Positions 49,069-60,377 are shown, counted from the first letter of the whole stretch. The stretch: DNA of 62,381 nt, filler included, from Sphacelaria rigidula (GCA_964200075.2; 7 parts of 7 records of this genome joined end to end with filler, not necessarily neighbours in it), one strand, 5' to 3'. The notes: generated by a model not told the origin, from the letters alone. Made by a program: numbers and translations.

Positions 49069-51072
49069 TTGGAGCAGGAACAACCAGATGCTAATATTCG
49101 CTCCATTGTACACTTGAGTCGAACCACCTACCCAAATGCACAAAACTGGTCGGTCATGGAGCAAGAGGCCGGTGCGATTGTTTGGGGAGTGCGACGTCTC
49201 CGTCAATACTTGTGTGACATTCCGTTCGTGATTTATACAGATCACAAGTCTTTGGAAAACCTCGCCAAAATGGCGGAACACAACGCCCGGCTCCAACGCT
49301 GGTTTGAAATCCTGTCCTCTTACAACTTAACCATGAAGTATCGAACAGGACCTGAAAACGCAAACGCTAATTTTCTGTCTCGCTTGCCCATCCCGGCTCA
49401 ACCCATCGACAGCTCCGCCTTGGGACGAATCACGTATCCCACCGAAGACATTGTATATTTCATTAGCAAAAACGGCCATAACGGTATCCACACACCTCTC
49501 TCACTGAACAACAACTCGTCACTTGGCATGGATGGGCTGACGACTACAGCTCACACTTCTGTACTAGGCAGTATGCCACCTCAATCGTTGTGTTCGGTTT
49601 GGAGTGGAGCTAGCACAAACCCGAGCGGGTATGATCAATTTCGTGCAACTGGTCATCGTATGGTTTGCGCTGCAGATGTAGAACCGTCTTGTGCTGACTT
49701 CGTCCTCCCGGTTCAGGTGCGAAATCTCATCTCGAGTAGAACCAGGGGACGACGGGCCGCCGAAACTGCCGCCACCCTGGCGGCCGCTGGCCCGAACCTT
49801 CCTATCCCAAGTCCCATCCCGGTGCCCGATACTTTCCTTGCGCCCCCTCACCCACCGCGGCGCAATGCCCCCAAACGATCGACTCCATCCACGGCACCCC
49901 TTCCCACCGTATCCGAAGCTTCGGCTTCGCCCCCCTTCCCCGGTGATGATGAGTCCGCTGATGCCTCATCATCCGATGCGCTAGTCGACGTAGGATCCAA
50001 AGACAATGTTCTGCTTGAAAGTACACTGACTGATTCCCCCGCGCATGATCCGAATATCCCCGATCCGAGTCAACACCACCATGACACGAGCCCTTTCATT
50101 TTGGAATACCCGTCGGATAGTGTATTTGAGGAACGTTTGATCCTTCTTTCCCACGCCGATTGGGCCAGAGAACAACAACCTGAACCTGCTTGTAGAGCGG
50201 CTATGCAGTATCTATCCAAGGGTTGTCCGTCTCCCTTTCCAGCGACCGAATACCTCTTGCCCGTTGGGAACCACAAAGCTCCCACACAGGACGAGGTTAC
50301 TGAACTATCGCGGAAAGGCATGCTTTATACGGATGATGATTGTGTCGTTATCTTGGTTCGCCGGCCCACAGCGCCCCTTCGTGTGGGTAAACCTATCAGT
50401 AAACACGCCTCCTTGTTAGGTGATGACCCCACACGAATTTATGTGCCGATGCTGCTGCGCCCGTGGGTTCTCCATGAGTGTTATTCGCAAGCATCGACAC
50501 ATCTGGGAGTTGCTCGGACCTCCCAGATGCTTGAGCGTTTTTATTTGTGGATTTGTATGGATCAGTGTGTACGTTGGTGGGTAAGGCGTTGTCTTTTGCG
50601 TCAGGCGCGAAAACCTCCACATCAGACAGTTCGTTGGCCGTTTGTTTCCATACCACTCCCAAACGAGCCTGGTAAAGTAGTCTCGTGGGACTATTTTGGC
50701 CCCTTGCCCCTGACGGATAGTGGTCATATCAATGTTTTGTTGTTCACAGATAGATTTAGCCGCCATGCGGTGATGCACGCCGTCGCTGCCAGTAGCTATA
50801 ACGCGGAAGGGACCGCCAACATTCTTGCATACACGTATATTCCGCACTGGGGTGTGCCCAAACGATTGTTATCCGATAACGGCCCGCACTTTGCCGGCAA
50901 GCTTTCTGCTGCAATCAGTAACCTCCTGGGTGCCCATCGTATTTTTACAAGTTCATACCACCCATCCACAAACGGTGGGACCGAAGGAGTGAACCATACG
51001 ATGGCTCAAATGCTTGCAACAGTAACCAACGACAAACGGACTGGGACTTGCATTTGCCCCTCATTCAGATGA
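49069..51072 (+). CDS. RNase H, long Pro-rich spacer, integrase core (667-aa open frame)
   Basis: EQEAGAIVW..YTDHKSL..NANFLSRLP; HLG..RFYLW..VRRC; WDYFGP; LLSDNG; GGTEGVN. Confidence 0.9.
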   Translation: MEQEQPDANIRSIVHLSRTTYPNAQNWSVMEQEAGAIVWGVRRLRQYLCDIPFVIYTDHKSLENLAKMAEHNARLQRWFEILSSYNLTMKYRTGPENANANFLSRLPIPAQPIDSSALGRITYPTEDIVYFISKNGHNGIHTPLSLNNNSSLGMDGLTTTAHTSVLGSMPPQSLCSVWSGASTNPSGYDQFRATGHRMVCAADVEPSCADFVLPVQVRNLISSRTRGRRAAETAATLAAAGPNLPIPSPIPVPDTFLAPPHPPRRNAPKRSTPSTAPLPTVSEASASPPFPGDDESADASSSDALVDVGSKDNVLLESTLTDSPAHDPNIPDPSQHHHDTSPFILEYPSDSVFEERLILLSHADWAREQQPEPACRAAMQYLSKGCPSPFPATEYLLPVGNHKAPTQDEVTELSRKGMLYTDDDCVVILVRRPTAPLRVGKPISKHASLLGDDPTRIYVPMLLRPWVLHECYSQASTHLGVARTSQMLERFYLWICMDQCVRWWVRRCLLRQARKPPHQTVRWPFVSIPLPNEPGKVVSWDYFGPLPLTDSGHINVLLFTDRFSRHAVMHAVAASSYNAEGTANILAYTYIPHWGVPKRLLSDNGPHFAGKLSAAISNLLGAHRIFTSSYHPSTNGGTEGVNHTMAQMLATVTNDKRTGTCICPSFR

Positions 51073-51806
51073 ACTACAACAATTCAGTCAATGCCGCAAC
51101 GGGATTGGCTCCCAATGAAGTTCATATTGGTCGTATGCCCAGATTGCCACTTACGGTGTTCGAATGGATACCTTCCGGGGGCCATCAGAGTTTGAATAGG
51201 GATATCGCGGAGAACCATATTTCTGTCAGTAATCGTCTTCGTCTAGCGTACGAGGTCGTACGCGAGCAAAACCAAATCAACGCAGCGGAAGTAACCAGGG
51301 CAAACACTGTGTTGGATGATGCGGTCAACAATCGTCCGGTATGGAAGGTAGATCAATGGGCATGGGTGTACAATGATGTGAAGACCGTAACTCAGGGGAC
51401 TAGCTCCAATAAGTCGCCGTTGGATAAGGTGTTGAAGTCGAAACTATCCTTGAATTGGACTGGCCCCTGGAAGATCTTGGCGGTTGGGACCTGTGATGCC
51501 GCACCCGACAATAGTCCGGTAGGCGAGAAACTTTTGTATTTGGATTTTCCCACTGATGAACCTGGCACCAAACCCAAAAACCGAGTATCGATGCTGAGGT
51601 GTAAACCGTGTCTGCCCCCGCATGATGCATCCGACATGCCCAAGCAATTGCCAATGGGTCTCAGTCAGTACGTGTTGACCAACTATGCGGCCAAAGCCCC
51701 CCCATATCACATGACGGTTGAAGATGCCAACGGGCCCCTTGAGCGAGTAGTGGTAGATCGCATCTCGGGCTATCAATTAGTCCGAGGTCGAGGAGGTAAC
51801 ATATAG
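51048..51806 (+). CDS. Integrase C-terminal region with GPY/F motif and start of chromodomain (frameshifted from the core)
   Basis: YNNSVNAATGLAPNE; KLSLNWTGPWKI; LERVVVDRISGYQLVRG. Confidence 0.88.
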   Translation: MHLPLIQMNYNNSVNAATGLAPNEVHIGRMPRLPLTVFEWIPSGGHQSLNRDIAENHISVSNRLRLAYEVVREQNQINAAEVTRANTVLDDAVNNRPVWKVDQWAWVYNDVKTVTQGTSSNKSPLDKVLKSKLSLNWTGPWKILAVGTCDAAPDNSPVGEKLLYLDFPTDEPGTKPKNRVSMLRCKPCLPPHDASDMPKQLPMGLSQYVLTNYAAKAPPYHMTVEDANGPLERVVVDRISGYQLVRGRGGNI

Positions 51807-51896
51807 CGGTCATGTACCAGACTCATTGGAAGGGTATTACATGGGAGCGTGAAGTTGACTTACGTCACTTTCGTCGGGAATTATTGCTGTACTGGG
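51738..51896 (+). other. Chromodomain (group II-like, lacks the first aromatic-cage residue), split by a 2-bp AT duplication at ~51803
   Basis: VVVDRISGYQLVRGRGGNI/AVMYQTHWKG-ITWEREVDLRHFRRELLLYW. Confidence 0.75.
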
Positions 51897-52333
51897 TAGG
51901 AGATGCCGTCCAACACCGCCCGTTGAATAAGAGATATAGGTCGATGCGCAAGGGAGCCGCCGCTCGGGAACTGACACGAGAGCACTCGGCGCGGTTTGTT
52001 GTAGCAGGATATAGCCTTCTCTCGCATTCACAATACATGCGGTCTTTTCACGGACAGCGTTTGCCGAAGGGAACTTATTTTTGGTATAAGGCTTTGGATT
52101 ACCTGTGGTGGTTGGGTAAGATTCATTTGGTCGATCCTGCATCTGACAACTCCTACTTTATTCGTCTCCTCGGTGACCCGAGCCCCCTTAAGATTCGCTT
52201 GGATGATGCGTACTACACCGAGGAGCCGATCGCTCGGAGGGGATCCTGGTGCTTCCAACGACACGACAAAGGCGAAGTCGACACAGCCGTTCTACGGAAC
52301 ACGGACACCGCTTGGAATGTAGATGACTCATGA
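51812..52333 (+). CDS. Pol C-terminus: chromodomain end, linker, PWWP/Tudor-like domain
   Basis: LPKGTYFWYKALDYLWWLGKI...SYFIRLLGD resembles the PWWP consensus G.lVWaK..gyPWWPa.I...YlV.FfGd. Confidence 0.7.
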   Translation: MYQTHWKGITWEREVDLRHFRRELLLYWVGDAVQHRPLNKRYRSMRKGAAARELTREHSARFVVAGYSLLSHSQYMRSFHGQRLPKGTYFWYKALDYLWWLGKIHLVDPASDNSYFIRLLGDPSPLKIRLDDAYYTEEPIARRGSWCFQRHDKGEVDTAVLRNTDTAWNVDDS

Positions 52334-53456
52334 TGCCGCATCCGCGTCTGCTCCCCCATTCACCTTGCGTAGTGTACCACGGTCGAGTCGCTTGTCTTGC
52401 ACCGTAGCGTCGTTGGCAAACCATATGTCCCCCCCCCGCCCCCTCGTTCATTTGCTTTTGTACTGGTTAGCCCCGTGCTTGTGGGTGTATGTTGTGCTTC
52501 GTATTTTGTTTTTGCATTTGGTATTTGTATTTGGTATTTGTATTTATTATTATAATTTCTTGTGTGTTTGTTTTGTTTTCTCGGCTTTGGACCCTGATAT
52601 TGTGTTTTGTTTTGTTTTTGCCTCGGCGTCATTTTGTTTGGCTTTGTTTCTGTCTTTGTTTTTTTGTTTTTTTCTCTCCTCTTTTTCCTTTCTTTTCCTT
52701 TCGCGTCGTGCTTCGTGTACGATTTTTTTGTATTCAATGAGTAATTTCTTGGTTATTTCTGGGTTCATCTGGCAAAGAACAAGTGACGACCGTTCCACTC
52801 CTGACCCCGAGTCTGGAACCTTGAACCTCCGTCCTCCGCGCTGTACATTCACGACCATTGCGTATACTGGAACAGTTGCCACGAGTTATTCATCTCTTTA
52901 TTTTGTTTTTTCTTCTTCGTTGTACGCACCTTTTTGTCTTCTTTTGTGGAACCTGTTTTTTTTTTTGTCATTTCGGTCGAGAGTTTTAGGAGTGAGCGCT
53001 AGATGTACCTGACCCCCTCGTCTGGAATAATTGCGCTCTTGCCCAACCGCTCCGTACACACATACCGCCTCCCTGTTCGGGATCGGTCGTGACCTGTCCC
53101 TTTATTTATCTGCGTACCACGTTGAGTTTTATCTTCACATGGGCGATAGTAATCGAAGCAGAGTGCCTGAAATGTTTTGACCTTGGCTAAAACTTTTGAC
53201 CCTACTTACTTTGTACACACGATAATCGCTCCCGTTTACAAGGACAGTTGCCCCGCATTGTTTTTCTTCATGTTACTGATATTCCGTTTTCGATGTTGCC
53301 CAGCGTGCCCTGGTCTTGTATTTACTTCGGCTTTAGTTTCTGCGTCTATGTCGGGAATTTCGCCATGAGTGTTCGAAGTTCCTGACCCTCGAGCCTAGAA
53401 CACTTGGGAGTGATCCTACGATAGGGTGTACTCATGATCATGCATGCCATAGTCAC

Positions 53457-53556
53457 NNNNNNNNNNNNNNNNNNNNNNNNNNNNNNNNNNNNNNNNNNNN
53501 TTAATTAATTAANNNNNNNNNNNNNNNNNNNNNNNNNNNNNNNNNNNNNNNNNNNN
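53457..53556. other. Artificial scaffold linker
   Basis: N44-TTAATTAATTAA-N44. Confidence 0.98.
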
Positions 53557-54233
53557 AAGGATGTCTGACACACTTATGAGCCTCTTTTTTCGTGCAACCA
53601 AATACCCCCCCCTATCGTAGGATGACTCAACAGCCACTTTCTTTGCAAGTTATTTGGCCATCAAGGTGTGAACTTGACTATAACGCGTTGCAACAGGTGT
53701 GCGTTGTGCGTGTTTCATGCAACGGAAGGTATTCCCGACTAAGCTGAGTCGGGCGGTTGGGAGCGATGAGAGAACTAACTCACATGAAATGTAGCGAGGG
53801 ATCGAACAGCAAACAACGCCATAACTTTGACCCGGTCGAGGACGCAGGGCAAGATACGAGGGAAACCCACGCTTGTAAGGGTTATGTACGGAGTGAAGCT
53901 ACGCGGGGTAAGCTCTGCTTCCCAGACAAGGCTGGGCGAACTGACCAAAAAAATATTTCACAGGAAGTTCATGAGTCAGGGATCCCGTGCATGCAGGTAC
54001 ACGTTTCGGTGGCGGTTCTGCCTGATTTTACAAACATAAACGACATCACATGGTTACAGCATAAAACTAATGCAAAACGGTTTTCCCTGTTGTGCTGAGA
54101 ATGTTTACGCATGCGCGTCGATAAACTGCTTATATCGTATCCATGAGTTACTTGTACTCGAACATTACCCGTGATTTTAGTTGATACAGTGCTTCACGTC
54201 TATACTGTACCTGTTTACTACTCTCGTACACCC

Positions 54234-54447
54234 TGTAGTGCGTGAGGGAACCGCGTGCTTAGGGGACCGCATCATAGCTCAAAACACCTCAGGAACTACG
54301 TTTTTCGAAACCAATCCGGATATTCCCAGTAGGGACCACGTCCCCGACCCTAACCCCAACCTTAGACCTAACCCTGAAACCCTAACCATAGGGATGTTCA
54401 AATTCCGATGCGGTCCTCTAAGCACCCGGTCCTTCTCACGCATTACA
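54234..54447. mobile_element. TG..CA inverted-repeat element with internal CCCTAA-like repeats, copy 1
   Basis: ~40-bp TIR TGTAGTGCGTGAG..CCGCATC / GATGCGG..CTCACGCATTACA; TSD CACCC/TACCC. Confidence 0.85.
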
Positions 54448-55015
54448 TACCCGACCGCCTCCTTCATCCGTCCTGATGAGGAGGGACGCGGAATGGGATC
54501 CTCCTGGGCCCCGCCATGTTGATTAATCCTGAGGCTCTGGCACACAGATAACAACGCCTGTCCAGCGCCTCAACGCCACCGGTAAACTACAGAACACTGG
54601 CGTATCTAGGCCGGGGTCACATTGACAGAATACCCTTCTGACTAGAATGGAGCAAGAACTGGACTGGAAAATGATGGGGGCACAGTTCGCAGGACTCGCG
54701 ACGCACTGAAGCACTGAACTGCCTTACAATGACTCGTTTCCAGTGATTTTCCATAAACTGGAATCTGAGGGCAAGCACACGCACACATACCGAGCGAAAT
54801 AAGTTTCTCAGACCCATGACCAATTTGTTAATCGACCATTCAACATTCCGCCCCCCCCCGCAACCACGTCTCCACACACGCCCTGTTCTCTCCGGAGCAC
54901 GCTGCCAATGTATAACAGAAAAGAGATTATTATCGCGCGTAGTCCTTCCCCCATCTCATCCCGTGCTGTGCTCCACTGTGCCTTTGATATTTTTCTCCGA
55001 ATCCCGGACGCAAAG

Positions 55016-55130
55016 CCGCTCGACGCATGGGTAGTCGTGTACGCTGTGTCGGAGACGGAGGCCTACGGTTACTGCCTGTCGAGCGGAACTGCCAGCGACA
55101 CCCACCCTGCCGATGCGGAGACGTGGTATT
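55016..55130 (+). CDS. Possible orphan exon of an unknown gene
   Basis: CAAAG|CCG acceptor and ATT|GTGAGT donor; encodes PLDAWVVVYAVSETEAYGYCLSSGTASDTHPADAETWY; GC-rich codons. Confidence 0.45.
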
Positions 55131-56753
55131 GTGAGTAAATGTAGTATTTCAGTTCAATGTGGCACCTCCAAGTTTCAAAAGCAGACATCTATGTATCAAG
55201 GGCTGGAGTAAACAATAGGATGTGGGTCATACGAGAAACTCTTGAGAAGAAGAGTGGAGAAAAGTGGACGATCATGCAACCTGAGCATGTAGCAAATGAG
55301 CAACCCTGGGATCGGCGGAGGTGGTGTAATCATGAACTTGCATTCCGAAGCCATAAGACCATTGACCTCGCATCCCTACGACAGGCGGGACGGAGCACGC
55401 CGGGTTTTCACCGGATCAGGATCGCAATCAATCACCCAGCGCGAAACGCCGTGGTGTGTTCGGCGAGTCGCATGATTGTCCGGCTCGGAGCGCACTGATT
55501 TTCGTTCATTTGGATGACAGCCTCCAGTGACTTGCTTCATTTTCTAGTATTGCCACTTCCAGAGACAACCACTACTTATACACTGCCTCATAGGCGTCTC
55601 ACCACTCGAGCACTACTTTTTACGATCAACCCCTTTGCGCAGAGTTGAGGTTCTCACACCCCGCACAAGATGATCAAGCTCGACCACCATCACGATCACC
55701 GCAAAAATAACGCAAGCGTGCAAAAACTCGGTAATCTGGTTGCCTTGCTTACGCACGGAGTGGCGTGTTTTACAGCGTCATCGCCAACCGACGCCAACCC
55801 TTCAGGAGGAAATCGGCGCGCGCGCGCGCGGAGGGGGGAGGGAGGGGGGGGTTATGTGAGACACATGCATATATATTCTTCGCCGCACGAAGGAACAACT
55901 GCAAACTATCCCAGCAAACAGAAGCGTTCGCTCGAATATCCGTGGGATCAATATGAGAAACGAACCAACAGACAACCCTTTCTCCTGGAGACAAGCGCAG
56001 AACGAGTATGCAACGCCGTGTGAACCACCCATGAACCCCTTTCTGTAGTGCAACAAAACACTCTTCCCTGCCCCCCCCATTACGACACCCCTCGAACGTG
56101 GGACCATACTCGAATGCCAAGCGACAAGTTACGGTGAAACATTGATTTACGTTCGCACTTCCAAAGGACTTTCGAATACCCCTCTGCCCTCAGTACTCGG
56201 CAGTAACGGCGGTCCAACGTCGGTGCTATTTGGTCACTTGTGAATGAGTTTCGGTCAGGGGTCTTCGTATAAGAGGTGTCAGCCGCCGGAGTAGCTAGGA
56301 CTTGTTGGAGCCAGCGTTTGGGTTATTGGGATCCGGAAGTTACCGGTAGAACATGCCATAACAACTGAGAGGTGTGAGTGGGACGTGCCATGGTACCCTA
56401 GGTGCCAGTAGGACATACCATGCACGAGAGTATAGGATAACTCACTTTTTGCAGCTTCAGATGTCGCTGACGGACTCTTCAAGTACTTTCCACACGGGTG
56501 AGCAACAGTGTACATATTTGTATACCGTCGCTGGGCCAGGGATGTGTGTGTGTTTTTTTACGACATAGGGATGCTCAAAGACTAATGCCGAGATAGCACC
56601 CCCACAAAGAGTGCACCGGAGACCGTCCGAAAAACCGGCTGCGATCCCACTACTTGGCTCGTTTGCAGCAATTTCGCCCACATGAGATGCGTGTAGCAGT
56701 CCGAAATCAGCTATAACGCCCAAATGAGTCGTATAGTGCAGCATAAAACCAGC

Positions 56754-56920
56754 TGTAATGGATGAGGACCGCGTGCTTAGAGGACCGCGCCGTGGTTCAA
56801 ACCACGTCAGGATTGATGTTTTTCGAAACCAATCAGGCCAGTCCCTGCAGGTACCACGCCCCCGATCATAACCCTAACACTAACCCTGACCCTAAGCACG
56901 CGGTCCTCTCACGCATTACA
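56754..56920. mobile_element. Same TG..CA element, copy 2 (internally deleted)
   Basis: TGTAATG..CATTACA ends; perfect 5-bp TSD CCAGC. Confidence 0.85.
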
Positions 56921-58493
56921 CCAGCTCTAATGGTATTTATGATCATCGCCTCCGTGCACGTTTTTGGCCGGTTCGGGGGGGGCTTTCTCGGCAGCAGTCC
57001 AAAGTTTATCATTAGCTAGAATATGAACTCAGAGTGTGCTGACATAATTGACGACGGGACGGGATCGTAGGACTTCGGCGCGAATCCTCTACTCACAAGT
57101 CAAAGTCACAGACGTTGAGCCCTTTTTCTTTGACGTATCCTTCATTTATGGATCCGAAGATCCGCAGTTCTGCTGATTGCATAGTAATAGTATTTCTACA
57201 AGCACTGAATCCAATTGTTCACCAAGCTTTGCCTCTTTTACCTGCGAGCCATTGCTTGCTCCAACTGAAGTCGCAATAGCGCAAACAACACTGTCTACAT
57301 CATAACTCGCAAACGCGAAACCTTCACGTGAGCACGTGAGAAATTCAATATTGTATGCAACGCGTATCTTGCTCAGGTGACCTGGAGCAGAATGACGCAT
57401 TCGAGGAGGTGGACGAGGATGACTTCGACGTTGATTGTGGCTGTCTTGATGACTAGATTCCAGGATGAACGTACTGAACCCGGTGCCGCCTCTAGTATCC
57501 GAGCGGTTTCGGACTCTTTCGCCACAAAGCGTCGAACTGTCAATGGTGCTTTGGTACAGTTGCGGGCAAGGTGTAAAACGTGAAGGCTGCCGTGAGGGGC
57601 TGCGGCGATTTGAAGGGCGGTGGGCGGAAAGAGACCTGCGCAAGGAATAGCGCAACCCCACTCTTGGCGGTGGTATCACCTACCTTATATTCGTTGAGCG
57701 TTTGCTGAAAAGATGGCCGGGCTTAGCGCCGTAGTAGTGATTTTCATGCAGGGTGGTCGGCCAGCCGATGTGGACTTGCTCTGCTGCGCTGAGCTGGTGC
57801 CATGCTTGGGTGGATGTATATCCGCGAATGTATAGTACGTGTTTGCTTGTCTAGATGATGAACAACTACTCCAGAATATATATCAAAGATGAGGATAAAC
57901 GTAAGTTCATTCCGTACATACTTGTCTGGATGTGGATCGAGAGCAGTCGACGTATCTTTTGGTGGCTCGATCACCGAGGTCCTTGTGGCAGAAACGTTGC
58001 TCTCAGGCGGGGTGGTAACTACAGTGCTATATTGTTGCTGCGGAGATGACACGCGTGACGAAGATACTGCTCGTTTTCGTGATGCAAATATATTCGTTTG
58101 CGTCCGTCGTCATTGCTGACGTTGTACTGTAGATGAAAAGGAGGGGCACAAGAATCAATCGCCAAGCGCTGCGGATGGGGTATACGGTCGGATTTGGAGA
58201 GGCTCTCAAGGGTACAACGAGGGTTTGGGGGTGTTTAACCGCTGATAAAGCTCGCGCCGGCTTTTCTTATACCGTAGAAGATAAGTTTACACTAACACGA
58301 GACGTGAATAGCATATCGTGGGCCATGTTGAATAGCACGGCACAAAGGTTCTACGGGCTGACAACGATCCGGGCACTCGAGCAGAGCCTGACCGTTTACT
58401 CTTCGCAGTTAGTAGTTTTGTTTCTGCTTCCCGCTTCGTTGATCATGACGATTGGTTCGCACCCCCGCGTCACGAGCAAAGTCACGATGCGTG

Positions 58494-58705
58494 GGTAATG
58501 CGTGAGAGGATCGCGTGCTGAGAGAACCGCGCCGTAGTTTCAAAACACTTCAGGATCGACGTTTTCCAAAACCAATCGGGCCAGTACCTGCAGGTACCAC
58601 GCCCCTGACTATAAGCCTAACACCAACCCTGACCCTAACCCTAACCATAGGGATGTTCAAATTTCGATGCGGTCCTCTAAGCCCGCGGTCCTCTCACGCA
58701 TGACA
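58494..58705. mobile_element. Same TG..CA element, copy 3
   Basis: GGTAATGCGTGAG..CTCACGCATGACA ends; perfect 5-bp TSD GCGTG. Confidence 0.85.
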
Positions 58706-60059
58706 GCGTGTTCGGAGTTTGCGACGTAGTTGTGTGGCTCATTACAGCACTGCCGAGAAACGTCCGACTGCAGCTCCGAGACGAGAACGTGACGGAACCC
58801 CTCCGGCGAGCACGTGGGATAGTTTACCCCCGAAAGACATATAATTCCATCTTGTCATCCACAAGTACAAGTAACTCACAACGATGGTAGTTTCACCCAA
58901 CTTCAGATTGAGCTACATGCCACGACGCCGTTATATGAATATGACCGCGTCAAATGTCGGAAAATCAATGCTGTCGTTTCGAAGTGTAACTCAAGATCCA
59001 TCTCCCGTGATAAATTTACTGCAATGCGACGCCCCCCCCAAAATGCAGTTGCATAGGCTGTACTGTCCCTAGCAGCTCTTTCAGAGAAACGAACCTTGGA
59101 ATCGACGCGTTTGTGTTTACCGCACCCTGAGACGAACATTCATTGCTCGCGACGTTTTACCTATTCCATGGCGTTGGCGGACGTTGAATCAACACCAATT
59201 TGAGCGAAACCGAGAACTGATGTGCACGCTGGCGACCGCTTCGAACTTCTAGCTAGCGAGAGACCCGAATATGACGGGTTACATGTTGAACCGCTGGTGT
59301 GGTGTGGTACCCTCAATAGGTGGGACCTCGTATCCCAGTGGACGGGATTGTAGAGGGTGTACACAGGCTGTGAAGCTCCCACGCGTCTTCAGCAAAATGA
59401 AAGAAGTAGAATTATGTTCAAAAGCGCTCATTTGGTCAAGACAGAATGAGCACAGTCTACTCTGGAAGAAGAGAACTGCAGAAGAGGGACGAGAGATGGG
59501 GGACGTGGAGATCGTCACCTCCAAGTTGCTATCTCTTGTTGGACACGAAACAACGCACCTGAAAACGGTTAATATACGAATGGCGATGCCTCTGAAGATA
59601 CAGGAGGCATCGCCGGAGCGTGTTCACCCCACCCTGTTCCTTCATGACCTCTTCTCTCGCCCTTATTCCCTTTCCTGGTGAAAAATCAACACTTCTCTTT
59701 CCAAAACAATCTCAGCGGTTAGAGGGTGCTATCCAACGTTTGAGCCATTCTTAGCCGGACAACAATGAATCTGAACACGTGACTGGTCTCAACTGCAACC
59801 CACAATTTGCCCTGAATATTGATACATTCCGTGATCTTCACAGGGCTGCAGACACCATGGGGATGATGCTATCCAATCCACTCACTTACCACGCTCAGGG
59901 CCATTATGCACGCTCAGAACTTGTGACAAACGAATGGCAAGGTCGCTGAACACGCGGGAGGCATCCATGTCACCGTCTTTGTTTAACGTTTACGTCCTTC
60001 GTGCTGAAACCGTGTGATGGGGGTCGGGAGAGGTCATATTGCGCGGCGTGGGAGAACCT

Positions 60060-60330
60060 TGTTGAGGTGTGAGTACAGTAGTACGAGACTGTCAAGCATG
60101 AATCGTAGTCTTTCTATTACATACAGAAGAAGTTTTACTATTTGACGGTTACATGTGAAATGCGGCGTAACTATATGTAGTGACTGTGAGCATGTTTCGT
60201 GTATGATGAATAATTCAGTCTGTTGTTCCCAGCTTCTTGCTCCCGCGCTAAGCCTCCCCACGTGCCCAAAGGAGGGCATATAAAGCACCATCACACCCGA
60301 GGTGTGACTTAGGTGCCGCTTATCCTCACA
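60060..60330 (+). repeat. 5' LTR of copia element
   Basis: TGTTGAGG...CCTCACA termini, TATAAA at ~60279, immediately followed by the PBS. The start could alternatively be 60068. Confidence 0.65.
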
Positions 60331-60341
60331 GGTTATGAGCC
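60331..60341 (+). promoter_or_regulatory. Primer-binding site (internal half of initiator tRNA-Met type)
   Basis: GGTTATGAGCC directly after ..ACA, the copia-type GGTTATG(G/A)GCC PBS. Confidence 0.75.
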
Positions 60342-60377
60342 TCGTGTAGTTGGAGTGAGCACTGCTGGAACATACCC

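Larger units (their letters stand above)
47300..53400 (+). mobile_element. Degenerate Ty3/gypsy (chromovirus-like) retrotransposon: partial RT, RH, IN, chromodomain, PWWP-like domain, T-rich 3' region
   Basis: Homologous to the scaffold D element; boundaries approximate and no LTR recognised. Confidence 0.92.
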
